64,000 bases of DNA, from assembly GCA_036172245.1 (NCBI GenBank), contig JAYWIR010000029.1, positions 310,001-374,000 of the forward strand, given 5' to 3'. Shown here one piece after another: positions 50,139 to 63,796 of this stretch (within the stretch, counting starts at the first letter, position 1; every line of letters begins with the position of its first letter). The notes beneath the pieces were generated by a model. The model made no database searches. It was given only the letters and a program-made list of their open reading frames with translations, and had not been told where the DNA came from. Source of the stretch: Raillietiella orientalis (Eukaryota). The position numbers and the translations under genes are program-made.

Positions 50139-52258
50139 ATGAAATTGCAAGTACTTTTCATCCATCCAGATGTAGGGATTGGAGGTGCGGAAAGATTAAT
50201 TGTGGATGCAGCTGTTGCACTTAAAAGAAGAGGCCATGAAGTTGCAATTTTAACGTCACATCATGATACCGAACACTGTTTTGATGAAACAAGGAATGGA
50301 ACGATTCCAGGCAATTTAATTTCTTTTATGTAGATCAGCATGTTAGCAGCATTTTTTTTCTCGCCCCACCTAAGAATCATGCATATATTTTAAGCTAGCA
50401 TATAGACATTAATTTTACATATCTCATGTAAGTTTGCTTCATTTTTTCCTTCAACAGTGTGGCTAGCTTAAAATTGCCCTCTGTAATGGTTTAGATAAAT
50501 TTATTAACAGTATCCAACAAACAGTCACCGAGTATTATTAACATTCAGGTAATAGAAGTATTATAGAATATGCAGCACTGTTAGTAAGTCTGAATTTCCT
50601 GATTTGGTAGGTTCTTCACAAACTTGAAATACAATGAAAAGTAGGTTTTAGAAAATTGGGAGTTTTTTTGCTTTCCATTTATTAAATTATGTGAAAATGG
50701 AAAACGGATCTCTTAGTAAGAAAACGAGGTCGGTTACCTGTATTTATAGTTAAATGCTTGTAAAGAATCAATCTAAAAATTCTGGATGGCTTATTACATT
50801 AAAATATTCTTTGTGATCTTGTGTATCCCATTACATAACACCACCAATATTGCAGCAGTACAGTTTAGAAGAATGACTTCATTACTCGAGAGTTTTAAAG
50901 CTTTAAAAAAGCACACGATGATACGAGTAAATTTAATGTTTTAACAGTTTGAAAACAGCTCAAATAATTTTCATTCTATGCTAAAATACTTTAGAAACCT
51001 GCTAATACTGAAGTTATTAGTTCTAAAACTCATGCAATTTTCACTTGATGTAAAACAAAATTCATGACAAAGCATTAAACATTTGTGAAATTCTAGTTCT
51101 ATGTGTTGGTGACTGGTTACCCAGGCATGTGTTTGGATATTTTGCAGCTGTGTGTGCATATATTAGAATGCTTCTGATATCAGTTTATGCCATTTTCAGT
51201 CATATACAGTTTGATGTGATTATCTGTGATCAGGTATTTGAATCACAACTAAACTTCTAGCTAATGAGACTTTTAGGTTTCCATTGGCATACCCATTCTG
51301 AAGTTGAAAAAGAAGAAGATTCTTTTTTATGGTCACTACCCAGATCAATTATTAGTTCAGAAAAGCAGTTTCCTTAGGAAATTATATCGATGGCCATTGA
51401 ACTGGCTTGAAGAAATAACTACGTGCATGGCAGACAAAATTGTGGTTAATAGCAATTTTACAGGTAGTGTAGATCTACATGCATTCCTGTATACGCACCT
51501 TAGCTTGTGCTTTCAGAAGAACATTTCATAAAATGAAGGACAATCCATGTGTTCTTTATCCATCATGCCATACTCCCGATGCTGATAGTTCAGAAACATC
51601 TGCATTGGATGCAATTAACTTTGAAGACAAAATAATTCTTTTGTCACTCAACAGATTTGAAAGAAAAAAAAGCTTGTCTTTGGCTATTTATACCATGAGT
51701 AAGATGATCTCCATTTGACTTGAACAAGTTTTAACATATGCATTAGAGAAACTAGAAGAAATACTACCGAGAAATACATGGAATAGAACGCAAATGATTA
51801 TAGCTGGTGGTTACGACCAAAGAGTATCTGAAAATGTGGAGCACTACAAGGAGTTATCAGATTTAATTCAAAAATTGGATTTACAAAACAAAATAGAGTT
51901 GTGGAAAAATCCAAACTCATCTCAGAAGTGGCACTTATTACGCATTTGTACAGCTGTTGTTTACACTCCATGGGGAGAACATTTTGGTATTGTTCCTGTT
52001 GAAGCCATGCATTGTGGAAAGCCAGTAATAGCAACAAACAGTGGTGGACCATTGGAAACTGTCATTCCAAACGTTACAGGTTATCTTTGTAAACCTACAG
52101 CTGATGAATTTGCAAAATCTATAGCTTCCATTATACTAGATGAAAATTTACTTCTAAATTTTGGACAAGCTGCAAAACTGCAAGCTGATAAATTTTCATT
52201 TGAAAAATTTGCCACACAACTAGAATCGATTTTATGTGAAATTAATCAAGTGCAGTAA
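50139..52258 (+). CDS. ALG2: Alpha-1,3/1,6-mannosyltransferase ALG2 (GT4), 400 aa
   Basis: Exons 50139-50310, 51097-51233, 51277-51463, 51504-51698, 51747-52258. Motifs [79 protein letters not shown]. Confidence 0.96.
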
Positions 52259-52261
52259 ATC

Positions 52262-55200
52262 TTAATTGATGGTTTTCCTTTTTTTACTGTTTGATTCGTC
52301 ATTTTCTTCATCTTCTTTGAATATAGGAACAGGCTGGGTTCTACAAAAATTAAGCCAAATAAAAAAAAAGTTTTCAAAATACATACTTTGCATAGGCAGG
52401 TGTAACCCAGTAGGGATTTTCTTCAGCTTCCTTGGCATACTTCAAAATTGCTTCCCTTGGATCTTGTTCATCTTCAATTTTTTTACTCAGACCAAGGTTG
52501 CGTACAATGTATGAAGACAGTGTACTTCCAGAAGCTGCAACCCGACCACCAGTGCCTACACACAAAAAAAAAATCACATATCACATATTTAGAAATCGTG
52601 AAACAGTCAGTTCAAGTTCAGAATACCTTACCAACTCCTTGAAGAGGCAATTCTGGCTGGCGGGATTTTACAGGATCTTGTCTGTCCTTCTCAATCTGTC
52701 TTCTAGTAGATTTAGGCCGTTGTTGACGAAATAGAGGAAGAGCATGAGGGGTAATTATCTGCTGGGGAGCTATGACAGCAACCTGAATGTTGGACAACAA
52801 TTACAGTTGAGGTTTACTTGAAAAAAAATTTCAGTGCTAGTGCAAGCATAATTAAGGGAAACTTTGCTCAATGATCTTACATAATATTTTCATAACCTAC
52901 AATTAAAACAAATTAAACAGAAAATTAATAAGAGGTCAGTAGTGGAAAAGGAAAAATCAAATGAGAATACCAGCTGACAAGTTGATTGATAAGTTGTTGG
53001 CTAAAAACTTCTCAAAAGCAATACTTTATAATTTTTGGCTTCAAATGCAATTCAAAAGCATAAAAGTGAATTGTATTTCAAAAGTCTAACCTCTAAATAA
53101 GATGAAGTAAATTAAACTCGTATATTTCTTTTAATTTCACATTACTATCAGAAACTAAATGATTATAAAAACAAATTGTAAACACCAAATCGCAGGATCT
53201 TTTACAAGCACTTTCAAGGTTTCTTTACTTAGAGATTTGCATACATAATGTAACATAAAGTTTTGCAAGCATGCAAGGAAGTACCTGTTTGATTTTTTTT
53301 TTAGTTTTTGCTGTGCATAAGAGAGCACCTTTACTGCTGGTTTTATAACTATATAAAACCTTCACATTTCCATTGCCGCAACCAACAATCAACTGATTGA
53401 GCTTAGGATGCCAAAGCATCCGTATAACATCCTAATATCTGCATATATCTGTTCATTTATTTTAAAATCAAAACATACAGTGTTATTGAGTTCCTCTTCA
53501 TGTATTCTAGAGAATGTTGATCTGTCAAAAGCAACAAAAGTACCAGATTTATTGTTTTTTTCCACTGATGTACCTGTAATTATGATTTTATCATCTGGAC
53601 TAAAACTACAGTTGGTCCTACAAATTTCCTTATTACATGATTAAAATAACCAAATGACTTACATATCAAAACGAGTAAATAAGTTTTCTGCAACATGAAC
53701 AGGTTGCTTTAACATACGTCTATCCCATAACTTCAGAGTATGATCACGGCTACGAGATGCTAAATGCAATCCATCATAACTGGAGAGCACACAGGTTATG
53801 GCACAGTTGGGCTCATGAGCCTTTCTGATTAGACTGCAAGTATTCACCTATGACACTTATTCAAGAGCATTTTTCAGGACACATAGTTTGCTTACAAAAT
53901 TTTTTTCATGATCCCACATCTGAATGGATCCATCCTGACATCCACAAACAACCAATTTTCCATCATTACTATATGTGCATGATGTTGGAATAGCTTTCAA
54001 ACCATTAGCCCCTCTTGGCTTAATCACTTGTTTCTGAGACTTGCTGCATCCGTACATCCACAGTCGTAAGGTACTAAAAAAAATTGAGACTCTTTCAGGA
54101 AAATAAAAATTAATAAATATAATGAAATAAATATCATCCAATCTATGGATAAAAACAATGCATTTTACGTAAACATTAAATAAATTCAATATCCCTGATC
54201 CCTAATATGATAATGTCCAAAAAATGAGTTTTTAATATTATTAACAGACTGAACTTTCTTTTCGAGATAAAAGTTTGCATTTCATTCTATGAGAATTGTC
54301 ACTCGCAAATTATTAAGTATTTTAAACTGAAAATCACCCTGAATGATTCCTATATCAAATGCACTTAAGTATAAGTCTATTTATAGCATAAACTATTTCA
54401 ACAATGCTTCATATGATCACGCAAAAGAAAAATTGGGAATAACTTTGACAAAAGAAATGACTTTAAGCAAAGCAAGATGAAAGCAAGATCTCTTTTTTGG
54501 AAATCAATCCTTCATTCAAATCAGAGTATTTTTTCATGATGCATCATTTCCCATAATAAACTAACAGATATCATTACCCATCCTGTGAACATGTTAAGAA
54601 TTCATCTCTATCTTTGGGATGCCAACATCCATCATTCAAACCCGAGATATGTCCTTTGGTTTGTGACATATCCGTAATAAATTGATATCCTTTGACACAC
54701 TCCATAAGTACAAAACCATCTCTGTCTAAAACTTTTGCCTAAAACACATAATCATTATCATTAAATACACATCAAAATGCTGCATTACTGAGAGTTAAAT
54801 CACAATGTTATACATTCATCACAGCCTAAATTTGACAAAAAAAATCGAAAGCATAACCACGCCTGAAATAATAACGATAATTCTCATTTTTGATTAGATT
54901 GTCTTATTTATTAAGATGCATTCTTGATGCTGAAACTATTTTTTCATTTCTCAAAGTTACTGCATGCTCAATCTTTACCCTTTTAAATGTGCTTCCATTA
55001 GCTACTGCCAAAAAGCTCGTCTAATGAATGAAATGATGCTAATTTAAAAAAATTTTTTCATTATACTGGCCATAAAAATTATTTAAATATAATTAGTCCA
55101 AATGATTGAGGAAACAGGAACTTTGGTTGATTCAGGAATTTTTGGATCAGATACTGTGATCCTTAGTCTCATTTGTACAAAAACACATTCCACAATCTCA

Positions 55201-58200
55201 GTGTTTTTTTTAATTGAGTCAATAAAATTTTTTAGTTGGCTGAAAATTTACAATGCATCATGCACTATCAAAACATAAAGACTGTAATTTGTAATGAAAT
55301 TATTTTTTACTTCAAAGTTATTGCATTAAAATATCTTCAACACCTTCGAAACTAAAAATAAAGTACTGTTCCAATTCTATATGCTTTGAAAATTTTGAAG
55401 ATTACTCATATAGCAAAGTAATTAAACTCAGTATTTGGAATGGTAGCTCAAATGAAACAAGGTTTAATTATTGGGAGGAGTTCAAACTATTTAAAAATAA
55501 CAGCCCAAAAATACGTCGTTATATGAAACATTGCTGAATAAACGCTTTCACATTTTTACTTTTCACAGCTGCTTCAGGCATTTGGAAAATAGAATGTCAA
55601 CTAAAAGTAACAAACAAAAAATAATGCCATTTTTGATGTTTTCCAATTCCCAGCTTCTCCATGCATTTATAATAATTGAAAACAAATCTCTAAGTTATAC
55701 CAAAGTACTTCAAAAATGGGTAAAACAGAATGATTTTTTATGAAATGTATCATGTAAAAAAGATTTACAATACTTGATGTAACAGATTCATCGAATCGAA
55801 ATCTTGGATGCTATACATTTTGAGTTGCTATCAAAACATTTATAATATATCAATGTGACTTCTCACAATAATGCATTTTACATTAAAAAAACTTTCACTA
55901 AGAGTTAGTTTCCGGATATTTTTAAACAGATCAGGGCTTCAAAATCCTCAAGATCTTCCACATTATGCTTGAAAGCAGCTATTAGAAATTACAACTATTA
56001 TGAGTAGTGATCTATTGTTTCAAAAATACACAAATAGCTAGCAAAATCTAAATACTATTTGAAAAACCTCAAATTAATACACATGTAATTGATATAGCAC
56101 TAGCCAATACAGCTATTAAATGTACCACTTTTATCTGAAGTTTTTTTTGTGATGTTACCACATAAATTCCAGTCACAAACGAATCAATGATCACACTGTT
56201 GAAACACTGATGCTTGCACTCTACGGAACTTCAGAAAAAATTGAGATTACAGAGAAACACACACACAATGATATCCTCATTTCTTATACAGGATTCAAAC
56301 ACAACAATAACTTCATATAAATGACATCATAAAATAGAACAAGAAGTCACAAACATATTGCAATCTAATTCTGAAGAAGCAGGAAAACAAAGGAATCAAA
56401 AGCATGTGTTTTTCTGTTTTTTCCACCTTTTCAGGACAGGAAAGCTTTGGATTGAAACAAACCTAATTATTGCAGCATATGTGTCAAAATATTTTAATAT
56501 AATTTCATAACCAATCCTCAGATTGCTATTGCATCTCCTGATGAAATTCTAATTTTATCAGATAAAAAATCTGAAACCAACTTTCACTTGCAAATGGGAA
56601 ACCAATTAGTTTAGAAGTCTCTTTATTAACCAAATGGTTAATAAAGAAATTTCATTTTGATTACAATTTGATTAGCACTACCATTTGGCTTGCCATTACC
56701 TGACTTACAAACACACAAAAAAGGGACTTTCCAAATGATGATATACATCACATACCAAAATTAAAAGTACCTTTTGTGAAAAATGCTTACAACGAAATGC
56801 TTACCTGAGCACTGCCTGAAACTATTAGAACACAATCACCAGTGTTTGAAAATTGAATCTTTTTGATGGGATGACTAAAAGCAGATAGAAAGTTATTTGA
56901 CTAACCATTTAAAGGAAATGTAATATTTTTAAAACAAAATTAAGCAAAAACATTCCACTTGCAAAATGCTTTAAAAATATTTTTTTTTTTTAAAAAAAAC
57001 TGCTTCTTTACAAATATGAAAATTTTAATCTGAAATATTAATTTACCAATCACAAGGTTGCAATGTTCTAAAGCTTTGGAATGATGCATCCATACCAGCA
57101 AAATCCCAGAATTTCACTTCATAATCCATTGATCCAGTAACAAGGCGAGCTCCTGCAGGATCTACAGATAGTGCTGATACAGGTTTTGAACCATGAGAAA
57201 GTGTAATATCCTGACTGAATGGTATCAACTCTTCCTAATTGTGAAATACAAATATTATAATACGTACAAACAGGTTAATGAAAAAAAAGAAAGAAAAAAA
57301 AAAAGACAGTATATCAGGACTACATATACATCATGTAATCTAGGCAAACAGAAATTGAAAACTATGACATCTCCACAACAAAAGTCATATGTTACCATAA
57401 GAGCACTGTAATGTTAGTTTGAAACGTAATTAGAAGCAAGTTTATATAAACATATTGAAAGCAATCTACATTTTTGAAAACACTGTGTTACATTGTGTTC
57501 AGAAATTTTCGTATACGTATGCATTAACTAATACAAATGATATACTAAGAAAGAATTGACTGCATGTTCATATTTGCATGACTGCATATTTAAACTAAGA
57601 CATCTACTTTGATAAAGACACATGTTGGATTGAAGAATTTACTATTCCACATGAAACACTTTATTTTCTTTATTATACTGATTTGATGACTTCATTTTTT
57701 TTCCCTTAAAGACTTCAAATGAAACATATCACGAAAGCATTTTGCCAGCCATTTGATTTCTTTACTGCTGCATGGTACATCAATTATGTGAATACTAAAC
57801 CAGAAAAAGACACCTACAAAACTAACATGTGCAAGTTATATCTTCCCGCCCTCCTCCCTCTGAGTACCAGAGAAGTTGATATATGATTTTTCTGTTAGAA
57901 TGCAGTTAGCACAAAACATTCTAAACATTTTTAATCAAAATTTATGAATACACTTACATCAGAATCTTCATCACTTGTATTACCAGTAAAGTCAGGAGGA
58001 AGGGGTGGACCAATGAAATTGGAAGGCAAACAACTATCTTCATCTTTAATTAGCTCATCAGTTTCTTGATCATGATGTTCTGAAAATAATTGTGAAGGAA
58101 AAATGCAACACAATGATTAAACAAAAATAAACAGGGTGACAGTGCAATAAAAATATTTAAGTACAAAAATAAAAAGAATGATAAATCTAAAACTGAATTT

Positions 58201-60163
58201 CATTTGTTAGAATACACACAATATCAAACATCTATACTGTCATCCATAAAAACATAAGCAAAATATTTAATCAGTGCCACTAAAGGTTTCTCACAATGAA
58301 TTACAACAATTCGTAACTAATGAGAACTAATGCTATAAGAAAAGGAAAAGAAATACGAAAAAAGTACAACCCATTACTTATTAAATAATGAAGATGTGTC
58401 TAGCATGAACTTTCTAATGCAGTAATACTTTAAAGAAAAAAGTAGGAATCAACCATTATCAACACTGTGCATGTGTGTTTTTGATATTTTCTATAAAATA
58501 ATTTGTAGAATAATAATGCAAATTATTTTGTAGAAAATATCGAAAACACACATGCACAATGTTAATAATTCTTTATATTCTTAAAGATTTTCGCAAATTA
58601 ATTGATCAAAAGTAAACATAAATAAAAAAGGAAAACAAGTCACCTGAACTCACAGACAAACAGATCTCAAACACCTGCATACTTAAAACACAATTAATTA
58701 AACTGTTTACAATTGATGACCTAGTTAGTCCATGACATTCCTAGTGCACCAGACTTTTTCGTTCATTTTCTATTTACATTAACATCAGTCATTAGTTTAC
58801 TGTCCTTGAAGTTGAGTTAATCAATTTAGTTGGAGCATAAAGTTTTATTTTTTAATTCTGTATTTAAATTAAAGTTTACAGATTCTCATAAGCATGAAGA
58901 GGGGCAATTAATTACAACACCTAGTACATATAATACTACTGTCATATGTGTTCACACACTTGTGTATCACATTTTATGAATATAAACAGAAGAGTAGTAC
59001 ATTGGAAAAAGTCACAGAGCACCTCTAAGAATTTACAATCAAGAAAATATAAAAATATTTAATAACAAATGTTTCCAGTGGTACCTCTCCACCTAGAAAT
59101 GAATATAATCAAACTTCAGCACACCATCCTATGACAGCAAATTAGTCATCATGCAATTTTATAAAATTCTTTTTACTTTTACATGTTGTAGTTTTTACTT
59201 TTAAATAGGAACTATAACAAACATATTGTAGCATTCTTTCATCAATATATAAGCCATTACCAATAACCATATCATCACAAATTTTTACCAAAAAATCGAA
59301 ATTAAGTAGTTACCTGCTGCAAATTTTTCCCTTGCAGACTCCATTACTTCATTTACTAATTCTTCTATATCAAAGTGTCTTGCCTTTTTCCCAAATGCTG
59401 AAACAGAAGTTACTAAGTAGAAACACAAAAAGGGACACAGCAAACAAGAATGAATGATAATTAAAAATGAATCTCGGAATTAAATTGTTATTATGATTTC
59501 CTTTTTACACAGATTACACAAAAGATCAACAAGAGTGATAAGAATTTAACTTCTACCACGAATTGTAGGTATTCATGTTCAGATACTTCAAAAATAAGAA
59601 AGAAAAATATCATCTAACGAGAGTACATAATCTTTGGTCTCTTATGTTTTGCCTATTATTTGGTTCAATATTCAACTCTCGCTAAAATTCACTTCCAAAT
59701 TTCGACTCATACCCCAACAGACACTTCAGCAATGAAAAAGCAAAAAATAAAATTTAATGAGCGTCGACAACTGGGAGAAACCAAGACTTTGTGTAATATT
59801 TTAAATGCGGTGTAATGATCTGTACAACAAACTTTGATTTTTTGCAAACGATGAAAACTGAGGAATATATAAAAAAAAAAAATACTAGTTAGCCGACGAG
59901 TTGAAATTAAGCATTACTTCCAAGCTACTATTCTTTAACTTTAGATTTCATGGGGACTAACTCAAGGTTTTGAATTCGAAACTTCATTTACCTGATATTC
60001 CCATAACATCATGAATTCGACTCTCCTCATCCGACTGTTCTTCAACATCGCTTATTCGATCAAACTTTCCAAAAGAATCAAACTCAACATTATCTTTTTG
60101 ATCCTTAACTTTTTCGAGTGCCGCATCAGAAATACAGATTTTAATTTCCTTTTTGGTGTTCAT
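52262..60163 (-). CDS. WDR70: WD repeat protein WDR70 (gastrulation defective gad-1 family), 614 aa
   Basis: 13 phase-consistent exons: 59992-60163, 59314-59397, 57958-58079, 57047-57234, 56805-56874, 54578-54738, 53896-54073, 53663-53847, 53479-53617, 53285-53431, 52632-52782, 52387-52555, 52262-52340. Motifs FGKKARHFD, IGPPLPP, VKFWDFAGMD, LWHPKLNQ, IITPHALPLF, DPREAILKYA..NPYWVTPAY. Confidence 0.95.
58461..58563. repeat. AT-rich hairpin (47-bp arms, 9-nt loop) in WDR70 intron 2
   Basis: aacactgtgcatgtgtgtttttgatattttctataaaataatttgta / tgcaaattattttgtagaaaatatcgaaaacacacatgcacaatgtt; 4 differences. Confidence 0.9.
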
Positions 60164-61327
60164 GCTTACTTGTTTTATTATTCATCAAAGAAAAACTAAA
60201 CACACTAGCACACTGCACATTCAGCTACTTCACATTCTGCACTGATCAAGACTACAAAACAGAAGTACTCCGCCGCTGCCAAGTATAATCTCATAGCTTT
60301 TATCTCTGACCATATGAAAATTTTAGAGGTTTCGGCATGAAAGTGGAAAACTGATCCTCCAAATACGTATGGAACTCTTAATTAAATTTATTTATTAATC
60401 TTATTTGATTTCAAGGATTCATTTTTCTTGCTATGTCAGTGGTTAATAATATCATACTTTGGTTAATTTCTGGAGAAAAAATTATCTAGGTATTACAAAG
60501 CCAATCTTAACTTATAAACTGCTAATTGTGTTCAGATTATCCGAATTAATGGCTACATAAAAACTATCGATCTGCCACATAAGATTCATCTATCACTGTT
60601 AACAGTTTCTTGAAGGAAATGTCTACTTAACAAACTATAAAGAAAGTTCTTTAAAAAAGATGTGAGCTTTGCATCGAAAAATGAGATGCTAGAGTTTCAG
60701 ATTGATCTTTGATTTGAGCACCATTATTTTGTCTATCTAAACATTTGTGTTACAAATGTGACATTTATTAATTTGGAAAAACAGACTTAAAATGGATTGT
60801 CACCACAAAAACCAAGTATATAACAACGACATGAGTTATTGTTAAAAGCATGCTAAACATATTTCCTCAAGTATTAATTGTCCCACAATAGAGATCAAAT
60901 CATAAATACAAATACATAATAAAAGATATTTAACTAGTACTCGGAATTTAGATACTAGCGGTATTTCCACTAGTTTATAATAATGATAATCATCAAACCG
61001 AGATCGAATTTCAGATCATATTGCAAGGCGAAAGAGAGATTTAAATAGTCTGCTTTTAAAAATCTGCAAACAGACATAAATAATAATTGAAAGTGAAAGC
61101 GAAACCAATAACAGCAAGCAACAGACAAAAATAGAAGCGGCCGTCGTGTTCCGAAGTCATGAAAATTGCTGGTTTATTTACAACTAAGCAGTTTTAATAA
61201 ACATACACTAGAAAAATCTTTCTAAAATGGACATGGGAATGAAAGGAAAAAGGAAACACATATGTTCTTACACGTCTATTCCAATCATGGAACGCCTGCA
61301 TTTCTTATTATAACTAACAGTGCTGTT

Positions 61328-62349
61328 ATTAATGAGAGGAGCCACGAAATGTGGAACTGCCTGCGACGCGGCGCCTACTCCCGCTGCACTCTGCGGAAGA
61401 TACTCGAGTGTCCCGCGAGGAGCACGTGGGCAGAGACAACCCCCCTAGCTACGGCGATGCCCTTTCTGAGGAGGGCGCTCACCAACAGCCGCATACCTAG
61501 GTGGCAAGTCTCCTGCCGTATCACAGGCAGAGAGAAGGTGATGAGCGGCTGGACCATAGAGCATCTGGCCGACGCCACGACCCGAAGTGTCCTCCCGCGT
61601 GGACTGTTGAGATGGGACGAGCTGCTGGCATCCCGACGGATGACCTGAAGTGGCCCTCGGTATTCATTGGATCGAGGATCCTCCCCCTGAAGTGGCAGGA
61701 GTCGGTGCGTCTGCTGTTGCATTGGGGTCTACCCTGCAACGCACGCCGCCACCACTGGACACGGGGTCGAGTGAATCCCGCTTGCATCAGGTGCGGGGAG
61801 GAGACCCTCCCCCACCTCCTTGTTGATTGTGCTGCCCTCTGTCCCCTCTGGGAACGTCTTGGTACCTCCGTACGGATCCCGGTGGGCAGCCAGGCCAGAG
61901 ACGTTTCTCGGCTTCTCTTCGTGCAGGATGCCCTGCGACCAGCCGCAGCCCTGGCAGCACTTTGCTGCGTCCCAGGGATTGTGACGTGCTGGGCCGAAGT
62001 CAGAAGACCGAGCCACGAGAGGGGTGCTGTCGAACTTGCAGTCCGCTACCTGCGGCTTGCGACCGGATGGCCCCACCTGGGAATCATTCGGATGGACCTC
62101 GAGGGCATCCTGGAAAGGATGGACCCTCCTCCCAGTGGTCAGTGATCCCTCCCCAACCCTCCCAAATCTTTTTGTTTTTTATGTTTTATTTTTCTTTTTG
62201 TTTTTTTCCCCCATCCCCTTCCGCTGCCGAGGAGAGTCGCGCCGGTCTGCGTACCGGCGACCCGGCAGGTCCTGTAGTATTGGCCGTAGTGGGGCCTTGT
62301 ACCACAATATAGAGAATTTATAATAAACGCCCCGGCGTGACCGGGTGGC
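61328..62349 (+). mobile_element. 5'-truncated L1/Tx1-type non-LTR retrotransposon (ORF2 C-terminus with zf-RVT-like CCHC knuckle, plus 3' UTR)
   Basis: GC-rich insert flanked by an exact 16-bp duplication AACTAACAGTGCTGTT (61312-61327, 62350-62365). The ORF ending at 62145 contains LP...CIRCGEETLPHLLVDC...LW. One apparent frameshift near 61590. Confidence 0.85.
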
Positions 62350-63730
62350 AACTAACAGTGCTGTTGTGAAGGAGTATGCGACCGATGCAAATACATAAAT
62401 GGATAATCAGATACATTGGAGTACCTACAATAAGAGAAGAACAGTGATCTTATACATTCAATTTAAATTTTGGAGAACCACACAAGCATTCTGAAACTAT
62501 GCGACTAAAGGATGGATTAGAAGCTTCTCGAACAATATTTTAGCACCATGGAGTCTCTAGAATACAGATATTGATGAACGAAGTATTCTAGATTGATAAA
62601 AGCAAAATTCGAAGTAGGCTTTCAATTCCCTCGCATTTTCATTAAGTCAAGAGTTTCGAGAGATTTTCCAAAACAAAGATTAAAACCAACTGACTATAGG
62701 AGAAAAGTTAAGTCAGCACAGTGGCCTTTAATTGAAGCTCAGAATTATCACTAACTGCGTAAAATGAGACCACCATACATTCTAATTCGAGAAACAAAAG
62801 GATGAGGGAACTAACCTTGCACGTGTAACACCTTCAATGGGAAAACTTCAGAAACATGAAGTTTAGACTTAAAAGTATCATCAATAAGCATCAGATGAAA
62901 GACCACTGTTTCATCGAGTTTAAATACAAATGTAATTACTTTTTGAAATCCTAAGTAGTATATTTTTTCTTGTATTGTCGATGGACTTTAATAAGATATA
63001 CCATCTTAATTTTTGGCATACTCGCAATGCCTCTCATAGTTTGAATAATGATCATTCATCATAGCAAGGTCAACAAAGCATGGAATTCGACAGGGAATTC
63101 AAGATATCAAGACAGAAGCTTATACGTATCTTGCTTTGCTTGAAATTAAGAAAATGTGTAGCGTATAAGAGCAGAAATTTTTGTATAGCTCTAAAGTACC
63201 ATTGTGATCGGAAACTCACTATCTAAATGTTCAGTGTAAAAGACATCTTCATCTGTTCTCATAACCAAAACATAAACAGTCACCGTTGACCATCACTGAA
63301 ATCCAATCAACTTTTCGTTTTTTCACGAAATCACGACGAAAAACCAACACTGCGAGAGAAGTAAGAAAATCGGCATAAAAAATCAGAAGATACATTACAA
63401 AGATACATTACTGCCTATCATCCAAAACCAGAATTTTTTGCTTCAAAAGAACCTGCGTCCCTCCAAGTTTCATGCCGGGGACTTGCAATTCGGGGTGGCG
63501 GACTTCACGCCAAGACGAAGCCAAAAACTTTCCACGACTTCCGCCATGTGACAGTGCTACGATGCAAGTCGCTTCGTTTCGAATCTTGACTGATTAGAAA
63601 AAGAGGAAAATCTGCCAAACGAATTAAAATCCGAAAGATATGCTATTGCAGCATTTGTAAAAAGATGCATTCACTCCCTGAACATTGTAAACAGACATTA
63701 TCTTGAATCACTTCGATTTTGGAATTTAAA

Positions 63731-63756
63731 CGCACTTTTCGGACGCTTTCGGCGTC
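63731..63756 (+). promoter_or_regulatory. Candidate snRNA proximal sequence element
   Basis: GC-rich CGCACTTTTCGGACGCTTTCGGCGTC at -66 to -41 of the U4 start, where PSEs lie; loose resemblance to the nematode TGTCGGCCGC-type element. Confidence 0.35.
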
Positions 63757-63796
63757 TCCGTAAAGCATGCTGGAAGTGCCAACACCAATTATCCGA

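Noticed and set aside
55461..55482. GGTTTAATTA, the start of nematode SL1
   Set aside because: The match stops after 10 nt; no donor or Sm site follows.
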